Shown in pieces: positions 21,529 to 31,386 of a DNA stretch of 64,000 nucleotides. How positions within the stretch are numbered: the stretch's first letter is position 1; the number at the start of each line of letters is the position of its first letter. The position numbers and the translations under genes are program-made. The notes below the pieces were generated by a model, which did not search any database, was not told the origin of the DNA, and was given only the letters and a program-made list of their open reading frames with translations. Origin of the DNA: Gammaproteobacteria bacterium (GTDB lineage: Bacteria; Pseudomonadota; Gammaproteobacteria; S012-40); assembly GCA_919902765.1 (NCBI GenBank), contig CAKKRP010000043.1, positions 22,053-86,052 on the forward strand. Reading direction: 5' to 3'.

Positions 21529-24500
21529 GTGTTTTTAAGTCGAAATATTTACGTATCCATATTGGTCACTCTGGAGTTCGCGAGCTTGTCTGCGTACGCC
21601 CAATCGCGCGGCCAAGAGGCGGCGGATCAAGGTATTGCGCATCTGCGTGATAGTAAATTCGAACCCGCGATTGACGCGTTAAAAAAAGCGGTGGATTTAG
21701 ACCCCGCGTTATTGGGCGCATGGGAGGCATTGGGTTTTGGGTATAAAGGTGCCGGGAAATTCGAGCAAGCGATCAAGTGTTGGCAGTTGGTATTAAAACT
21801 GGAGCCAAAGAAGATATCGCTAATTAACGAGATTGCGCGTACGTCGGTTCTGAATGGAGCGCTAGAAAAATCGATTGTTTTTTATAAAAAAAGTCTGGAG
21901 GCTAATTCCGAACAAAATGCAGTGCGTATGGAGTTGGCGGATATCTACGCCAGGCTCGGAAAAAACGCCGAGGCGATTAGGCTATATGTTGCGCTATACA
22001 GTCAAGTTGATTTTATGTTTAAGGCACTCGCCAACTGCGTCGATTTATTGGAAAAAGATGACAAAATCGATAAAGCTATTCATGAAATAGAATATGTTGG
22101 CAAAAAAACCGGCCTTCCATTAGAAATAAAAAGCCGATTGGCGACATTATATACTCGCCAAGGCGATCGGCGATATGAAAAAGTCGATTTTTCAGGCGCA
22201 ATAATGGAATATAACAAGGCCCTTAAGGCGCAGCCGGATAACGTTCAGACGTTGGTGAATTTAGGTTGGGCGTATAGAAGGCTGGATCAGATAAAACCTG
22301 CCATTGATGCTTGGGATCGGTTGCTGAAAATTAATCAGGATGCCGTCAATGTACAGATATATGTTGCGGATGCCCATCATGATTTGGGTGATCGCGCGCG
22401 TTCTATATCCGGGTATACGCGTGCCTGGGACAAGGGTGACCGTATGCAAAGACGCAACATCGCGTATAAGTTGGCGCAAGAATATACGCTAGCAGGCAAA
22501 CCCGAGCAGGTAAAAGATTGGCTCCTGCGGGCGATTGAGCTCTGCGACCAGGATAGTTCATGGCATCGACGCGTCGCCGCTACTTATGTTAGCGCGGGGT
22601 TGATTATAGAGGGCCTTTTACAGTATGAAGAAATACTTTCTTCTCCGGTTGGAAACAACGTAAAAGATTCGCTGGCATACCTTTATGCCGCGCTTGCCGC
22701 CCAGCAGTATAAAGCCCAGGACTACGCGAATTCTGTTATTTCCTTTCATAAGGCGCTGCGCTTAGACAACAAAAACAACCAATATCTACGTGATCTGGGG
22801 TGGGCCTATTGGCAATTGCAAGACTGGAATAAGTGCGAAAAAACCTGGCGGGAACTGGCAGACAATAACCCGCAAAAAGCGGATGCCCAGTCCCTTTTGA
22901 CGCAGTTGTATTTGTATATTGAGCGCTATAGCGACGCCATCGGTTCCGCAAAAAGAAGTTTAGCCCTAAATGACAGTCAACCGGATGAATATTTGCGGTT
23001 GGCGAAGGCGATGTTATTGAGCAATCAATTTAAACCGGTGAAGGCGCTGGCTCTACAGATCGCCAATCGTTATCCGGACAACCAAGCTATTCAAATATTT
23101 TATGCTGAGACGCTCACCCGAATGCGGGAGTTTTCGGACGCCGCGCAACAGTGGTCGAAGCTCATTAAAACGTGTTCAGATCAAGAGCAAATTGCCGGAT
23201 ATCAAAAACGTTGGATGCTAGCTGCGTATGAAACAGGAGCCTACGACGAAGCCATTGCGGTAGCGAAACATTTGGCGAATACACCACATCCGTCAAAACA
23301 GGTTTTTAAATTTATTATCGACGACGCGATGGCATTAGAGAATTATGCTGAAGCGCGCCGGTGGCAGGAAAGACTGGTATATCGCTATCCAAGCGATAGC
23401 AACGCATGGCGCAATCTTTCTAATATCTTGACGAAAACAGGCGCGTGGCGTCAGGCAATCGACATTTTGTTGGATGCATTAGAGCGATTCCCGGATAATT
23501 TGCGACTATCCCTGGATTTAGGAGACCTCTATCTGGCGAACCAAGAACCGGACCGCGCATATAAAGTGTTTGAGGCGTTGTCGATAAATAAAAATAACTT
23601 AGTCGCCCATAACGGTAAGATACGCGCGCTGCTGGCGATGGGACGATATGAAGAAGCGGAAAAGGCGCTAAATGAAACGGATTTTAGCCACGCCAATAGT
23701 ATCGATATGGTATTCAGTCGCGCTGAATTGAAGGTGGCGTCAAATGATCTCGCGGCGGCAGAAGGATATCTCGAAACACTAACCAACGTCCCAAAGGGGG
23801 CTGTTTACGTTCCGGTTTTGCTTTACCATGGTATAAGCAATGGAAGGCGCAGCCGTAATATATTGTTGGAGACCTTTTCAGACCAAATGCGCGCGCTTGC
23901 TGCTGAAGGTTATGAACCTATTACCATGTTGCAATTATCGGACTACGTGGACGGGAAAGCGAACCTGCCCAATAAACCGATTATTATAACGTTTGACGAC
24001 GCCAGATTGGATTCATTTAGATTTGCCGATCCTGTTCTTAAAAAATATAATCTGAAGGCGACGATGTTCGTGCCCACTGAATACCCTATAGATGACCATC
24101 CATTTTTTGCAGATTGGAATATATTGCGACAATATAGCAACAGCGGTCGATGGGATATACAAAGTCACGGTCACTTTGGACATCGTATGGTGCGTGTAAA
24201 TCGCGAGGGCGATCGCGGCGGCTTTTTGGTCAATAAGGAGTGGCTGGAAGATTCAAAACGATATGAAACTTTAGAGGAATATGAAAAGCGTATCAAGGAT
24301 GAGTACGATATAAGTGTACGTCAAATTAAGTCGCATCTTGGCTATGAACCGGTTGCGTTCGCGTTTCCATTTTCCTTGAATGGAGATGATGGAGTAAGTA
24401 ACGTAGAGGATGCCTCGACTATCAATGAGCGGTACTTATTTAAGCATTTCAGATTCGGGTTCATTCAAGAAGGTAGCGGATATAATCTTGTAACAAGCGG

Positions 24501-25704
24501 CGACGCAACGCCACGCATTTTTCGAAGAACAGAGGTTCAAAAACAGTGGTCGGGTGATGAATTGATACGGCATCTAACGCTTAAGCACCCAGTCGTTCAA
24601 GGCCGGTTATCGCTGGCAAAAGCCTATATGTGGTCTGGTAGAATTTCCAAAGCTCGGCGGCTGTTTGAAGATCTCAGCGGTGAAGGCTCTTGGAAAAAAC
24701 AAGAGTCTTCTTATTATTTGGCCTCGCTGGAATATGATTTACAACGTTACCGTTCGGCGCAACAAGCGCTCGAGTCTTCCAATGAAGATAGGCGCATAGT
24801 TCCTAGTGGCGGCGCTGATCGTAGTGATTTGCAAAATAAAATATATTGGAGGATAAATCCCCGGTTTCAGATGAACAGTCTAATTACTCAGGACTCTAAC
24901 GCACGCAAAACACGTCTCTACGATATCACCTATCGTCATCCGCTGACCTTGCCTGTCGATTATTGGGTAAATATCGGCAATATGGTGTTGCAAGAAAATT
25001 CCGGCGCGGAGTTGCGGACACAGCAAGCTGCGTTAGGTCTGGGTACCGACGTACTGAGTAATATGTATGTATCCTGGTGGGCCCGCGCTAGACGTTCCCT
25101 TAATCTGCCGGACACCACAAATGCGTGGGCAAATATTATTTTTCGGCATGACGGCGCATTGGTTCGCGGGTATACCATGCTGGAGGATATAGACACGTAT
25201 GCGGCGCGGCTGCAACGGGTGCAATCCAGGGGCGTAGGGATGACCTATCGCCAAGTATATAACACCGCATGGTCTACCGAAATAAATGGCGAGGTGGCTA
25301 GTTTAAGTGACGGTAATCAACGCTACAATGCTAAAGGCACTATTCTATATCGATTGCCTTCCGCACGACTGTGGCGTATAGGAAGTGAGGCGAACTTCGC
25401 GGATGCTAAATATGACATGATTGATAATCAAAACGCACCATACTATGCGCAAAAAAATATTCGATCAATACAAGGCGTGCTAATGTATGAAAATCGTAGC
25501 GGTAGGTATTTACACATGGGGTTTGAAATGTCGGCAGGATTGGCGCAAGGAGCGCATTTTCAAAATGGAATTATTGGACGAGGGATTTTTGATGTCACGA
25601 TAGAATGGTTTAGACGCGTTAGAACCGGGGCCAATGCCGAATATTATCACGGTACCGATTATAGAAGTGTGCGCGCAGGTGTGGTCGTGGAGGCTAGATT
25701 TTAG
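21529..25704 (+). CDS. TPR repeats + polysaccharide deacetylase + outer-membrane beta-barrel fusion (PgaA/PgaB-like)
   Basis: Signal peptide, ~750 aa TPR array, VPVLLYHG / ITFDDA / WDIQSHGHFGH / FAFPF CE4 motifs, amphipathic beta-strand C-terminus ending VEARF. Confidence 0.8.
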   Translation: MFLSRNIYVSILVTLEFASLSAYAQSRGQEAADQGIAHLRDSKFEPAIDALKKAVDLDPALLGAWEALGFGYKGAGKFEQAIKCWQLVLKLEPKKISLINEIARTSVLNGALEKSIVFYKKSLEANSEQNAVRMELADIYARLGKNAEAIRLYVALYSQVDFMFKALANCVDLLEKDDKIDKAIHEIEYVGKKTGLPLEIKSRLATLYTRQGDRRYEKVDFSGAIMEYNKALKAQPDNVQTLVNLGWAYRRLDQIKPAIDAWDRLLKINQDAVNVQIYVADAHHDLGDRARSISGYTRAWDKGDRMQRRNIAYKLAQEYTLAGKPEQVKDWLLRAIELCDQDSSWHRRVAATYVSAGLIIEGLLQYEEILSSPVGNNVKDSLAYLYAALAAQQYKAQDYANSVISFHKALRLDNKNNQYLRDLGWAYWQLQDWNKCEKTWRELADNNPQKADAQSLLTQLYLYIERYSDAIGSAKRSLALNDSQPDEYLRLAKAMLLSNQFKPVKALALQIANRYPDNQAIQIFYAETLTRMREFSDAAQQWSKLIKTCSDQEQIAGYQKRWMLAAYETGAYDEAIAVAKHLANTPHPSKQVFKFIIDDAMALENYAEARRWQERLVYRYPSDSNAWRNLSNILTKTGAWRQAIDILLDALERFPDNLRLSLDLGDLYLANQEPDRAYKVFEALSINKNNLVAHNGKIRALLAMGRYEEAEKALNETDFSHANSIDMVFSRAELKVASNDLAAAEGYLETLTNVPKGAVYVPVLLYHGISNGRRSRNILLETFSDQMRALAAEGYEPITMLQLSDYVDGKANLPNKPIIITFDDARLDSFRFADPVLKKYNLKATMFVPTEYPIDDHPFFADWNILRQYSNSGRWDIQSHGHFGHRMVRVNREGDRGGFLVNKEWLEDSKRYETLEEYEKRIKDEYDISVRQIKSHLGYEPVAFAFPFSLNGDDGVSNVEDASTINERYLFKHFRFGFIQEGSGYNLVTSGDATPRIFRRTEVQKQWSGDELIRHLTLKHPVVQGRLSLAKAYMWSGRISKARRLFEDLSGEGSWKKQESSYYLASLEYDLQRYRSAQQALESSNEDRRIVPSGGADRSDLQNKIYWRINPRFQMNSLITQDSNARKTRLYDITYRHPLTLPVDYWVNIGNMVLQENSGAELRTQQAALGLGTDVLSNMYVSWWARARRSLNLPDTTNAWANIIFRHDGALVRGYTMLEDIDTYAARLQRVQSRGVGMTYRQVYNTAWSTEINGEVASLSDGNQRYNAKGTILYRLPSARLWRIGSEANFADAKYDMIDNQNAPYYAQKNIRSIQGVLMYENRSGRYLHMGFEMSAGLAQGAHFQNGIIGRGIFDVTIEWFRRVRTGANAEYYHGTDYRSVRAGVVVEARF

Positions 25705-25710
25705 CGCATT

Positions 25711-25730
25711 TACTAACGTAGTTCTTAGTA
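25711..25730. repeat. Collapsed remnant of the MITE at 21337
   Basis: TA-CTAACGTAGTTCTTAG-TA; 25717-25731 is the exact reverse complement of 21334-21348. Confidence 0.55.
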
Positions 25731-25739
25731 AGCGGAAAA

Positions 25740-26816
25740 TCATTTTTTCGTCTTCAAATAGCGGTTGAGCTCAATCGGTAATTGGGGGTCTTCCCTACCC
25801 AGGCTCCAGAACATTATATTTGTATATCCTAAGGCGTGGATGGTCTTTATTTTCGTCAAAATGGAAATGCTATCCTCGTAGTATGCGGTAAATTGCTTGC
25901 CGTTTTCTTTGTACTTGATGTAGGGGACATTAGAAACGTCCGCGCGAAAACTCTTGGCGTTCGTATTGTTATGTAATATATTCACTTCATCAAATTGAAT
26001 ACCGCGCGTCTGTTCCCCTTCCCAAACTATGCCGCTAAGTTTTAATATCGGAATAATTTTATTTTTTTGACATGTAGTTTCGGCGTATTGTAACACCGAG
26101 CTTATCCATTCTGGAGTGGCGATGGGTCCGGCGCCTGTTTTGCCGCTAAATTGATTATAAAGCATAATTTGCAAGCGATCCGTCACTTCACATAATTCTC
26201 TCCAGTTCATCGCGCCAGCGCCGTTCCAGGCAACGTCTTTGCTTTTGGGCTGCACGGATAACGAGAGTAAAAGTTTATTGCGGTGTAAAGCGCGCGCCAG
26301 TTCTCTAGAAAATTCTGTAAAATAACCACGGTCAGCGATGGAGAGATTTTCATAATCTATATCTATGCCCCGTAAACCAAGCAACCGCGCTAAGTCAACT
26401 ATGTCGTTAATATGACGCGTTCTTTTGTCGCTATCGGCAAGTAAGGAATGAACGATATGCGGGTCCTTCAGTTGCGTTTGACCTGTTGTCGTCGCCGATA
26501 CATCGTTTACTATAGTAAGCCAATAGCGTGAATTGGAATTTCCAGTTGAGCGCGCTTCTAATATATTCGTGAGCTTAGGGTTTGCAAATGCAATCTCACC
26601 TTTGTCCGTGAGCTGCGCGGCGAAGTAAAATACATCAAATAAATTTTCATAGGCGCGCATCGCATGGTGACCGTTAGGCAAGTCCCAGTAGGTTAGCCAC
26701 GCGCCGATTTTTAACAAGCCCGGATCGTCACCTTCCCTAGCCTCAATTGTGCCAGCAGAAAATATAGTACAAACAAGAATTACGCAACCGCATAGCCTAC
26801 GGAGGATGGTGTCCAT
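25740..26816 (-). CDS. GH18 glycoside hydrolase, exported
   Basis: GIDIDYE catalytic DxDxE motif, QIMLY, FWSLGREDP; signal peptide follows the ATG at 26816. Confidence 0.85.
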   Translation of the reverse strand: MDTILRRLCGCVILVCTIFSAGTIEAREGDDPGLLKIGAWLTYWDLPNGHHAMRAYENLFDVFYFAAQLTDKGEIAFANPKLTNILEARSTGNSNSRYWLTIVNDVSATTTGQTQLKDPHIVHSLLADSDKRTRHINDIVDLARLLGLRGIDIDYENLSIADRGYFTEFSRELARALHRNKLLLSLSVQPKSKDVAWNGAGAMNWRELCEVTDRLQIMLYNQFSGKTGAGPIATPEWISSVLQYAETTCQKNKIIPILKLSGIVWEGEQTRGIQFDEVNILHNNTNAKSFRADVSNVPYIKYKENGKQFTAYYEDSISILTKIKTIHALGYTNIMFWSLGREDPQLPIELNRYLKTKK

Positions 26817-26853
26817 AACGACTAGTAGACTAAAAAGAGGTTGAGGCGCATAT

Positions 26854-27222
26854 TCATGCCTTGTTGTTTTTTTGAGTGTGATATTGTACGACGACATTAT
26901 AATCTTCAAATATCGCCCACAACAGAAACAGATATCCGGCCGCTGCAAGCGGTCTCGATAGCCATAATCCCGCCATAATCGCCGTGACGCCTGCCAATGT
27001 GTAAATCAACGGCCTGTTAAAACGATGTGTACGATAGCTGCTATAGACACCTATTGTCACTACCCCTAAAGTGAAGATCAGTGCGGGTATAAGTAACGCA
27101 TCATTCAATAAATATTCCGCGCCTTGTGTGCGCACATAAACAATAACCGGTGCAACGCTAAAGGCGATGGCCCCTATGATCGCGCAAAAAAAATATCCCG
27201 TAAACTGAATAAAAAAATTCAT
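26854..27222 (-). CDS. Small multi-pass membrane protein (weak MerC-like resemblance)
   Basis: About 4 hydrophobic segments; YRTHRFNRPL loop; in line with the operon. Confidence 0.6.
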   Translation of the reverse strand: MNFFIQFTGYFFCAIIGAIAFSVAPVIVYVRTQGAEYLLNDALLIPALIFTLGVVTIGVYSSYRTHRFNRPLIYTLAGVTAIMAGLWLSRPLAAAGYLFLLWAIFEDYNVVVQYHTQKNNKA

Positions 27223-27282
27223 CCCGCCACCCTCGCCTCGATATTCGAATATTTCGATGCGGGTGATTATAACCTTAAAGGA

Positions 27283-28296
27283 CTACAAGGGGAAATGGCA
27301 CGCGACTTTATGCCCTGAGGCGCAATCTTGTAACGTTGGGGACTGCTGAGTACATGCTTGGGGTTGCCCTTTTTCGGCAAACACGGGGCACCGTGGGGCG
27401 AAACGACAGCCCTTGTCTTCCTCCGTAAAATCAAACACATCCCATGCCGCACCGGCCTTGGCATTGTGTTGTTGCACCTTGAGCGCGGCGGCGCTTTGTT
27501 TGACATGCAGGGATGACCACAGGATTTCAGTATACGGATGACGCGGGTGTTGCGCGACTTTTTTGGCGTCGCCGATTTCAACGATACGCCCCAGATACAT
27601 TACCGCCACGCGATGGCTGACCAGTTCCATTAAGCGCAAATCGTGCGTAATAAACAGATATGACAAACCTAATTGTTTTTGCAAATCCACCATCAAATTG
27701 ATCACCTGCGCTTGTATCGAGACATCGAGTGCGCTTGTGGGCTCGTCGGCGACGATAAATTTCGGGTTTACCGATAGCGTGCGGGCGATGCCGACGCGGC
27801 GTTTTTCACCGCCCGATAATTCCGATGGAAAATTGGACAGTTTGTTTTTTTTCAGATTGACCATTTCCAGCAATTCGTACATGCGTGCGGTGACGGCACT
27901 GTCATCTAAATGTTTGTTGTGGATTTTGATGGTCTCGCCGAGTATTTGGCCGATGCGCATTTTTGGATTCAATGCCGCGTCCAAATCTTGGAATATCATT
28001 TGGATCTTAGAACGCATAGGCCTGAATTCACGATTCGACATCGGTACTATGTCAATGCCATCATAAACAATATTGCCCGAGCTGGGTTGAGAAAGCTTCA
28101 AAATCAGCTTACCGGTAGTCGTTTTTCCACACCCCGACTCGCCGACTAAACCTAAGGTTTCATGAGTATTCACGTCAAAACTGACGCCGTCCACTGCGGG
28201 TATGGTCTGGCGTTGCATGAACGACATCAAACCCTTGCCCTGTATAAAATGCTTCTTTAAGTCAGTGACTTTTAATATGGCGTCGCCCATATCCAT
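27283..28296 (-). CDS. Oligopeptide-type ABC ATPase (OppF-like)
   Basis: GESGCGKT, LSGGE, ADEPTSALD, HPYT, C-terminal Cys cluster. Confidence 0.92.
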   Translation of the reverse strand: MDMGDAILKVTDLKKHFIQGKGLMSFMQRQTIPAVDGVSFDVNTHETLGLVGESGCGKTTTGKLILKLSQPSSGNIVYDGIDIVPMSNREFRPMRSKIQMIFQDLDAALNPKMRIGQILGETIKIHNKHLDDSAVTARMYELLEMVNLKKNKLSNFPSELSGGEKRRVGIARTLSVNPKFIVADEPTSALDVSIQAQVINLMVDLQKQLGLSYLFITHDLRLMELVSHRVAVMYLGRIVEIGDAKKVAQHPRHPYTEILWSSLHVKQSAAALKVQQHNAKAGAAWDVFDFTEEDKGCRFAPRCPVFAEKGQPQACTQQSPTLQDCASGHKVACHFPL

Positions 28297-28326
28297 ACTC
28301 CTGAATCGCTCTCGTTAGCCACGCGC

Positions 28327-29430
28327 CTAAACACCTGCAAAATGCCAACATCTGATCTTGTGCCCGTCAGAGACGGTTGCCAACGGGGGTTCTTCATTGA
28401 GGCACATCTTTTCTATAGACTTATTAATGCGTTGACAGCGCGATGCGAAACGACAACCACGTGGAACGTTTATCGTGTCTAATACTTCGCCGTCGATAGA
28501 ATTTAAATGCCCTTGGCTAGACATATTGTCCTCCCTGGGTATAGATTTTAACAACGCCTCGGTATAAGGATGCGATTTTCCATCCGCGTGATCGATCACG
28601 GCTTGCGCAGGGCCGGATTCCATGACACGCCCGCCATACATCACGGCGATTTTATTCGACAGCCGCCCTATTACACCCATATCATGGCTGATCAGCACGA
28701 TGGTCACCCCGGTTTGGGCGCGCAATTCTTCCAATAAATCGGCAATGCGTGCTTGTATCGTCGCATCCAACCCGGTGGTGGGTTCATCGGCGATGAGCAA
28801 TTTCGCCTCCGATGACAAGGCGGTCGCGATCATCGCACGCTGACACATACCACCGGAAAGTCCGTAGGGATAGTTGTAAAAACGCAGTTGGGGTGAATCT
28901 ATTTTAACGCGTTCCAACCAGTATAAGGCGCGCTCTTTGGCCTCTTTGCGACTTTTATATTGCGTGTGGCGTGTAATGTTCTCGACAATTTGGTGGCCGA
29001 TGGTGAAAAACGGATTCATCGCCGATTTAGGATTTTGAAAAATCATGGCGATTTCTTTGCCGCGTATGCCTAGCATGTTTTTTTCTAATCTGCGTTGCCA
29101 TGCCAAATCCGTTTTTTCTACGCTCATGATACGTCCATCGTTTTTAGACACTTGCACATGATCCTGTAAACCCGCCAGCAGATTAATACGCGCCTGTTCT
29201 TGCTGATACCACACCTGACCGGTAATGATACCAGGCCGCGCCGCAATGAGCCCCATGATGGACAGCATGCTGACGCTCTTGCCGCTACCGCTTTCGCCAA
29301 CAATGCCTAAGGTGTCGCCTTTGTTTACCTCCAAATCTACGCCGTCTACGGAGCGTATAAAGGCCTGTTTGGTGCGCGAATAAAAATAGGTGCGTAGTTC
29401 TTCAATTTTCAACAACGGGGAATTGTTCAT
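28327..29430 (-). CDS. Oligopeptide-type ABC ATPase (OppD-like)
   Basis: GESGSGKS, LSGGMCQR, ADEPTTGLD, HPYT. Confidence 0.92.
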   Translation of the reverse strand: MNNSPLLKIEELRTYFYSRTKQAFIRSVDGVDLEVNKGDTLGIVGESGSGKSVSMLSIMGLIAARPGIITGQVWYQQEQARINLLAGLQDHVQVSKNDGRIMSVEKTDLAWQRRLEKNMLGIRGKEIAMIFQNPKSAMNPFFTIGHQIVENITRHTQYKSRKEAKERALYWLERVKIDSPQLRFYNYPYGLSGGMCQRAMIATALSSEAKLLIADEPTTGLDATIQARIADLLEELRAQTGVTIVLISHDMGVIGRLSNKIAVMYGGRVMESGPAQAVIDHADGKSHPYTEALLKSIPREDNMSSQGHLNSIDGEVLDTINVPRGCRFASRCQRINKSIEKMCLNEEPPLATVSDGHKIRCWHFAGV

Positions 29431-30320
29431 GATTGGCGCTTCCCTTCTAGCATATTATTTAGACCGTCACCTAACAAATAGAAGCCTAACACGGTGAACA
29501 TGATCGCCATGGCCGGGATGGTAGACGACCACAATTGGCCTTGTAATAAATAATTCGCGCCTTGTTGCACCATGTTGCCCCACGAAGGCGTGGGCTCCTG
29601 AACGCCGAATCCCAAATAACTCAAGGCGCTTTCCAACAAGATGGCCTCGCCCATGCCTAAAGTGGCTTGAATAATCAAATAACTTCTACAGTTGAACCAT
29701 AGGATATGTTTGAAAATTATTCTCGCATCCGGAATGCCCAACGCGATTGCAGACTCCACAAAGTTTTTTTGGCGCAACATGGATATTTTTCCTTTTATCA
29801 GTTGCGACACCAGCGGCGCGTTTGTGACACCCAATACCATCATGATGTAATAGATATCGGGTTTAAAAGCGGCAACCACCAGCAACATCAATATCAAACG
29901 CGGAAACGAATCTATAATATTCGTAATATAAGTGACTACCGTTTCATATTTGTTCCCATAATAGCCGCTCAAAATACCGAATATTCCACCGAGCAGGATG
30001 GCCACCGCAATGTACATCAAACCGGGAACGAAATACGCTTTGATGACGAGTATTAAGCGGGGCAGCGTGTCGCGGCCCATGAAATCCGTGCCCAATAAAT
30101 GGCCCGGAGCGCCCGGACCCGCGAGCATTAGCTCTAACTGCATTTCCTCGGGGTCATGCGGCAACCATCCGAATATCGCCATCAAATAGGCGCAGACCAC
30201 CATTAACAATATAACGATGCCGTATACGACATAGGCAATATCGCGTTTATCCGTGCGCTGCAAAATGCTGAGCTCGGAATACTCGCTGACGGTTGTTTGC
30301 GTTTGCGCATATTGGGTCAT
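29427..30320 (-). CDS. ABC permease (OppC-like)
   Basis: HLLGTDFMGRD, FVESAIALG, LSYLGFG, PSWG. Confidence 0.92.
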   Translation of the reverse strand: MTQYAQTQTTVSEYSELSILQRTDKRDIAYVVYGIVILLMVVCAYLMAIFGWLPHDPEEMQLELMLAGPGAPGHLLGTDFMGRDTLPRLILVIKAYFVPGLMYIAVAILLGGIFGILSGYYGNKYETVVTYITNIIDSFPRLILMLLVVAAFKPDIYYIMMVLGVTNAPLVSQLIKGKISMLRQKNFVESAIALGIPDARIIFKHILWFNCRSYLIIQATLGMGEAILLESALSYLGFGVQEPTPSWGNMVQQGANYLLQGQLWSSTIPAMAIMFTVLGFYLLGDGLNNMLEGKRQS

Positions 30321-30333
30321 TCGCCGTTACCTT

Positions 30334-31320
30334 TTAGCTCGTCTTGGTTTCTTGAGAGGCGCGTGGATTGACTATTACGTATAGTGTTTTTTGAAGTAAA
30401 CTTGTCAATCGCACGATCAAGGCCGTGACCAAGGTGATACACATGATCACAGGGTAGTCACGATCTTGGGCCGCTTGCCAGGCCATACGTCCTATGCCCG
30501 GCCAATTGAAGATTTGTTCTACGATGATGGCGCCGCCAATCACAAAAGGTATTTTCGATGCGATCATTTCGCTCACCGGGATAATCAATGCCTCGGTCAG
30601 CGCGTGTTTCCACACCGATACGCCCTTCGCGCGCGCCGTTCTGACATAATCTTCGCTGAATACACGCGATATCTCGTCGCGCAAAAAACGTACGGTCTCA
30701 CTGATAATGCCGCTACCCAGTCCAAGCATAAATACCGGCAACATCATTTGTGTGAAATTCATAGACTCGCCCGTTGCGAGGCCTATAGGCAGGGTGTTAA
30801 AAAATCGTGTGTAGATATAAATGACGATGTAGGCAGACCAAAATAGCGGTACCGCCGAGGTTGTATACGCAAACATCATCAGTACCCAACCGAGCCTATC
30901 TGTGCCGCGCTTGGCGAGATAAATGGCGATTGGTAACGCGATCATTAATGAAAAAAACATGGCCCCAAAGGTCAGATAAAAGGTATTTTTAGCCAGTTTT
31001 GTCACCTCACCGAGCACGGGTTGCCCCGAACGCAAAGAAGTGCCAAAATCGCCGTTAAATAATTTAACCAACCATGACCAATATTGGCCGTACCAGGTGT
31101 TTGAAATACCTAAATTCCGCATCATTTCTTCACGCTGCGCGTCAGACAGAACTTGCCCGCCGAACACGGCCGCCAGTGGATCGCCTGGCGCGGAATATAA
31201 CACCGCGAATACCACCAAGCTGACGCCGATTAATAAGAAAAAGGTGACATATAGCTCACGGGTGAGATATAGAACAACGGGCTTTGCAGATCTCGACACC
31301 ATCATTTGTGTGACCATCAA
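30334..31320 (-). CDS. ABC permease (OppB-like)
   Basis: APGDP, GDFGTS, DYVRTARAKG, EQIFNWPGIG, RDYPVI. Confidence 0.92.
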   Translation of the reverse strand: MMVTQMMVSRSAKPVVLYLTRELYVTFFLLIGVSLVVFAVLYSAPGDPLAAVFGGQVLSDAQREEMMRNLGISNTWYGQYWSWLVKLFNGDFGTSLRSGQPVLGEVTKLAKNTFYLTFGAMFFSLMIALPIAIYLAKRGTDRLGWVLMMFAYTTSAVPLFWSAYIVIYIYTRFFNTLPIGLATGESMNFTQMMLPVFMLGLGSGIISETVRFLRDEISRVFSEDYVRTARAKGVSVWKHALTEALIIPVSEMIASKIPFVIGGAIIVEQIFNWPGIGRMAWQAAQDRDYPVIMCITLVTALIVRLTSLLQKTLYVIVNPRASQETKTS

Positions 31321-31386
31321 CCTCTTTAGGCGACACCCAAACCGGCGTATAGCCGATCTGCGTGTCGAGATAGAATCGGTGTATGT

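Noticed and set aside
26854..27222. Mercury transporter MerC
   Set aside because: Lacks the Cys pair and mer context; only a superficial resemblance
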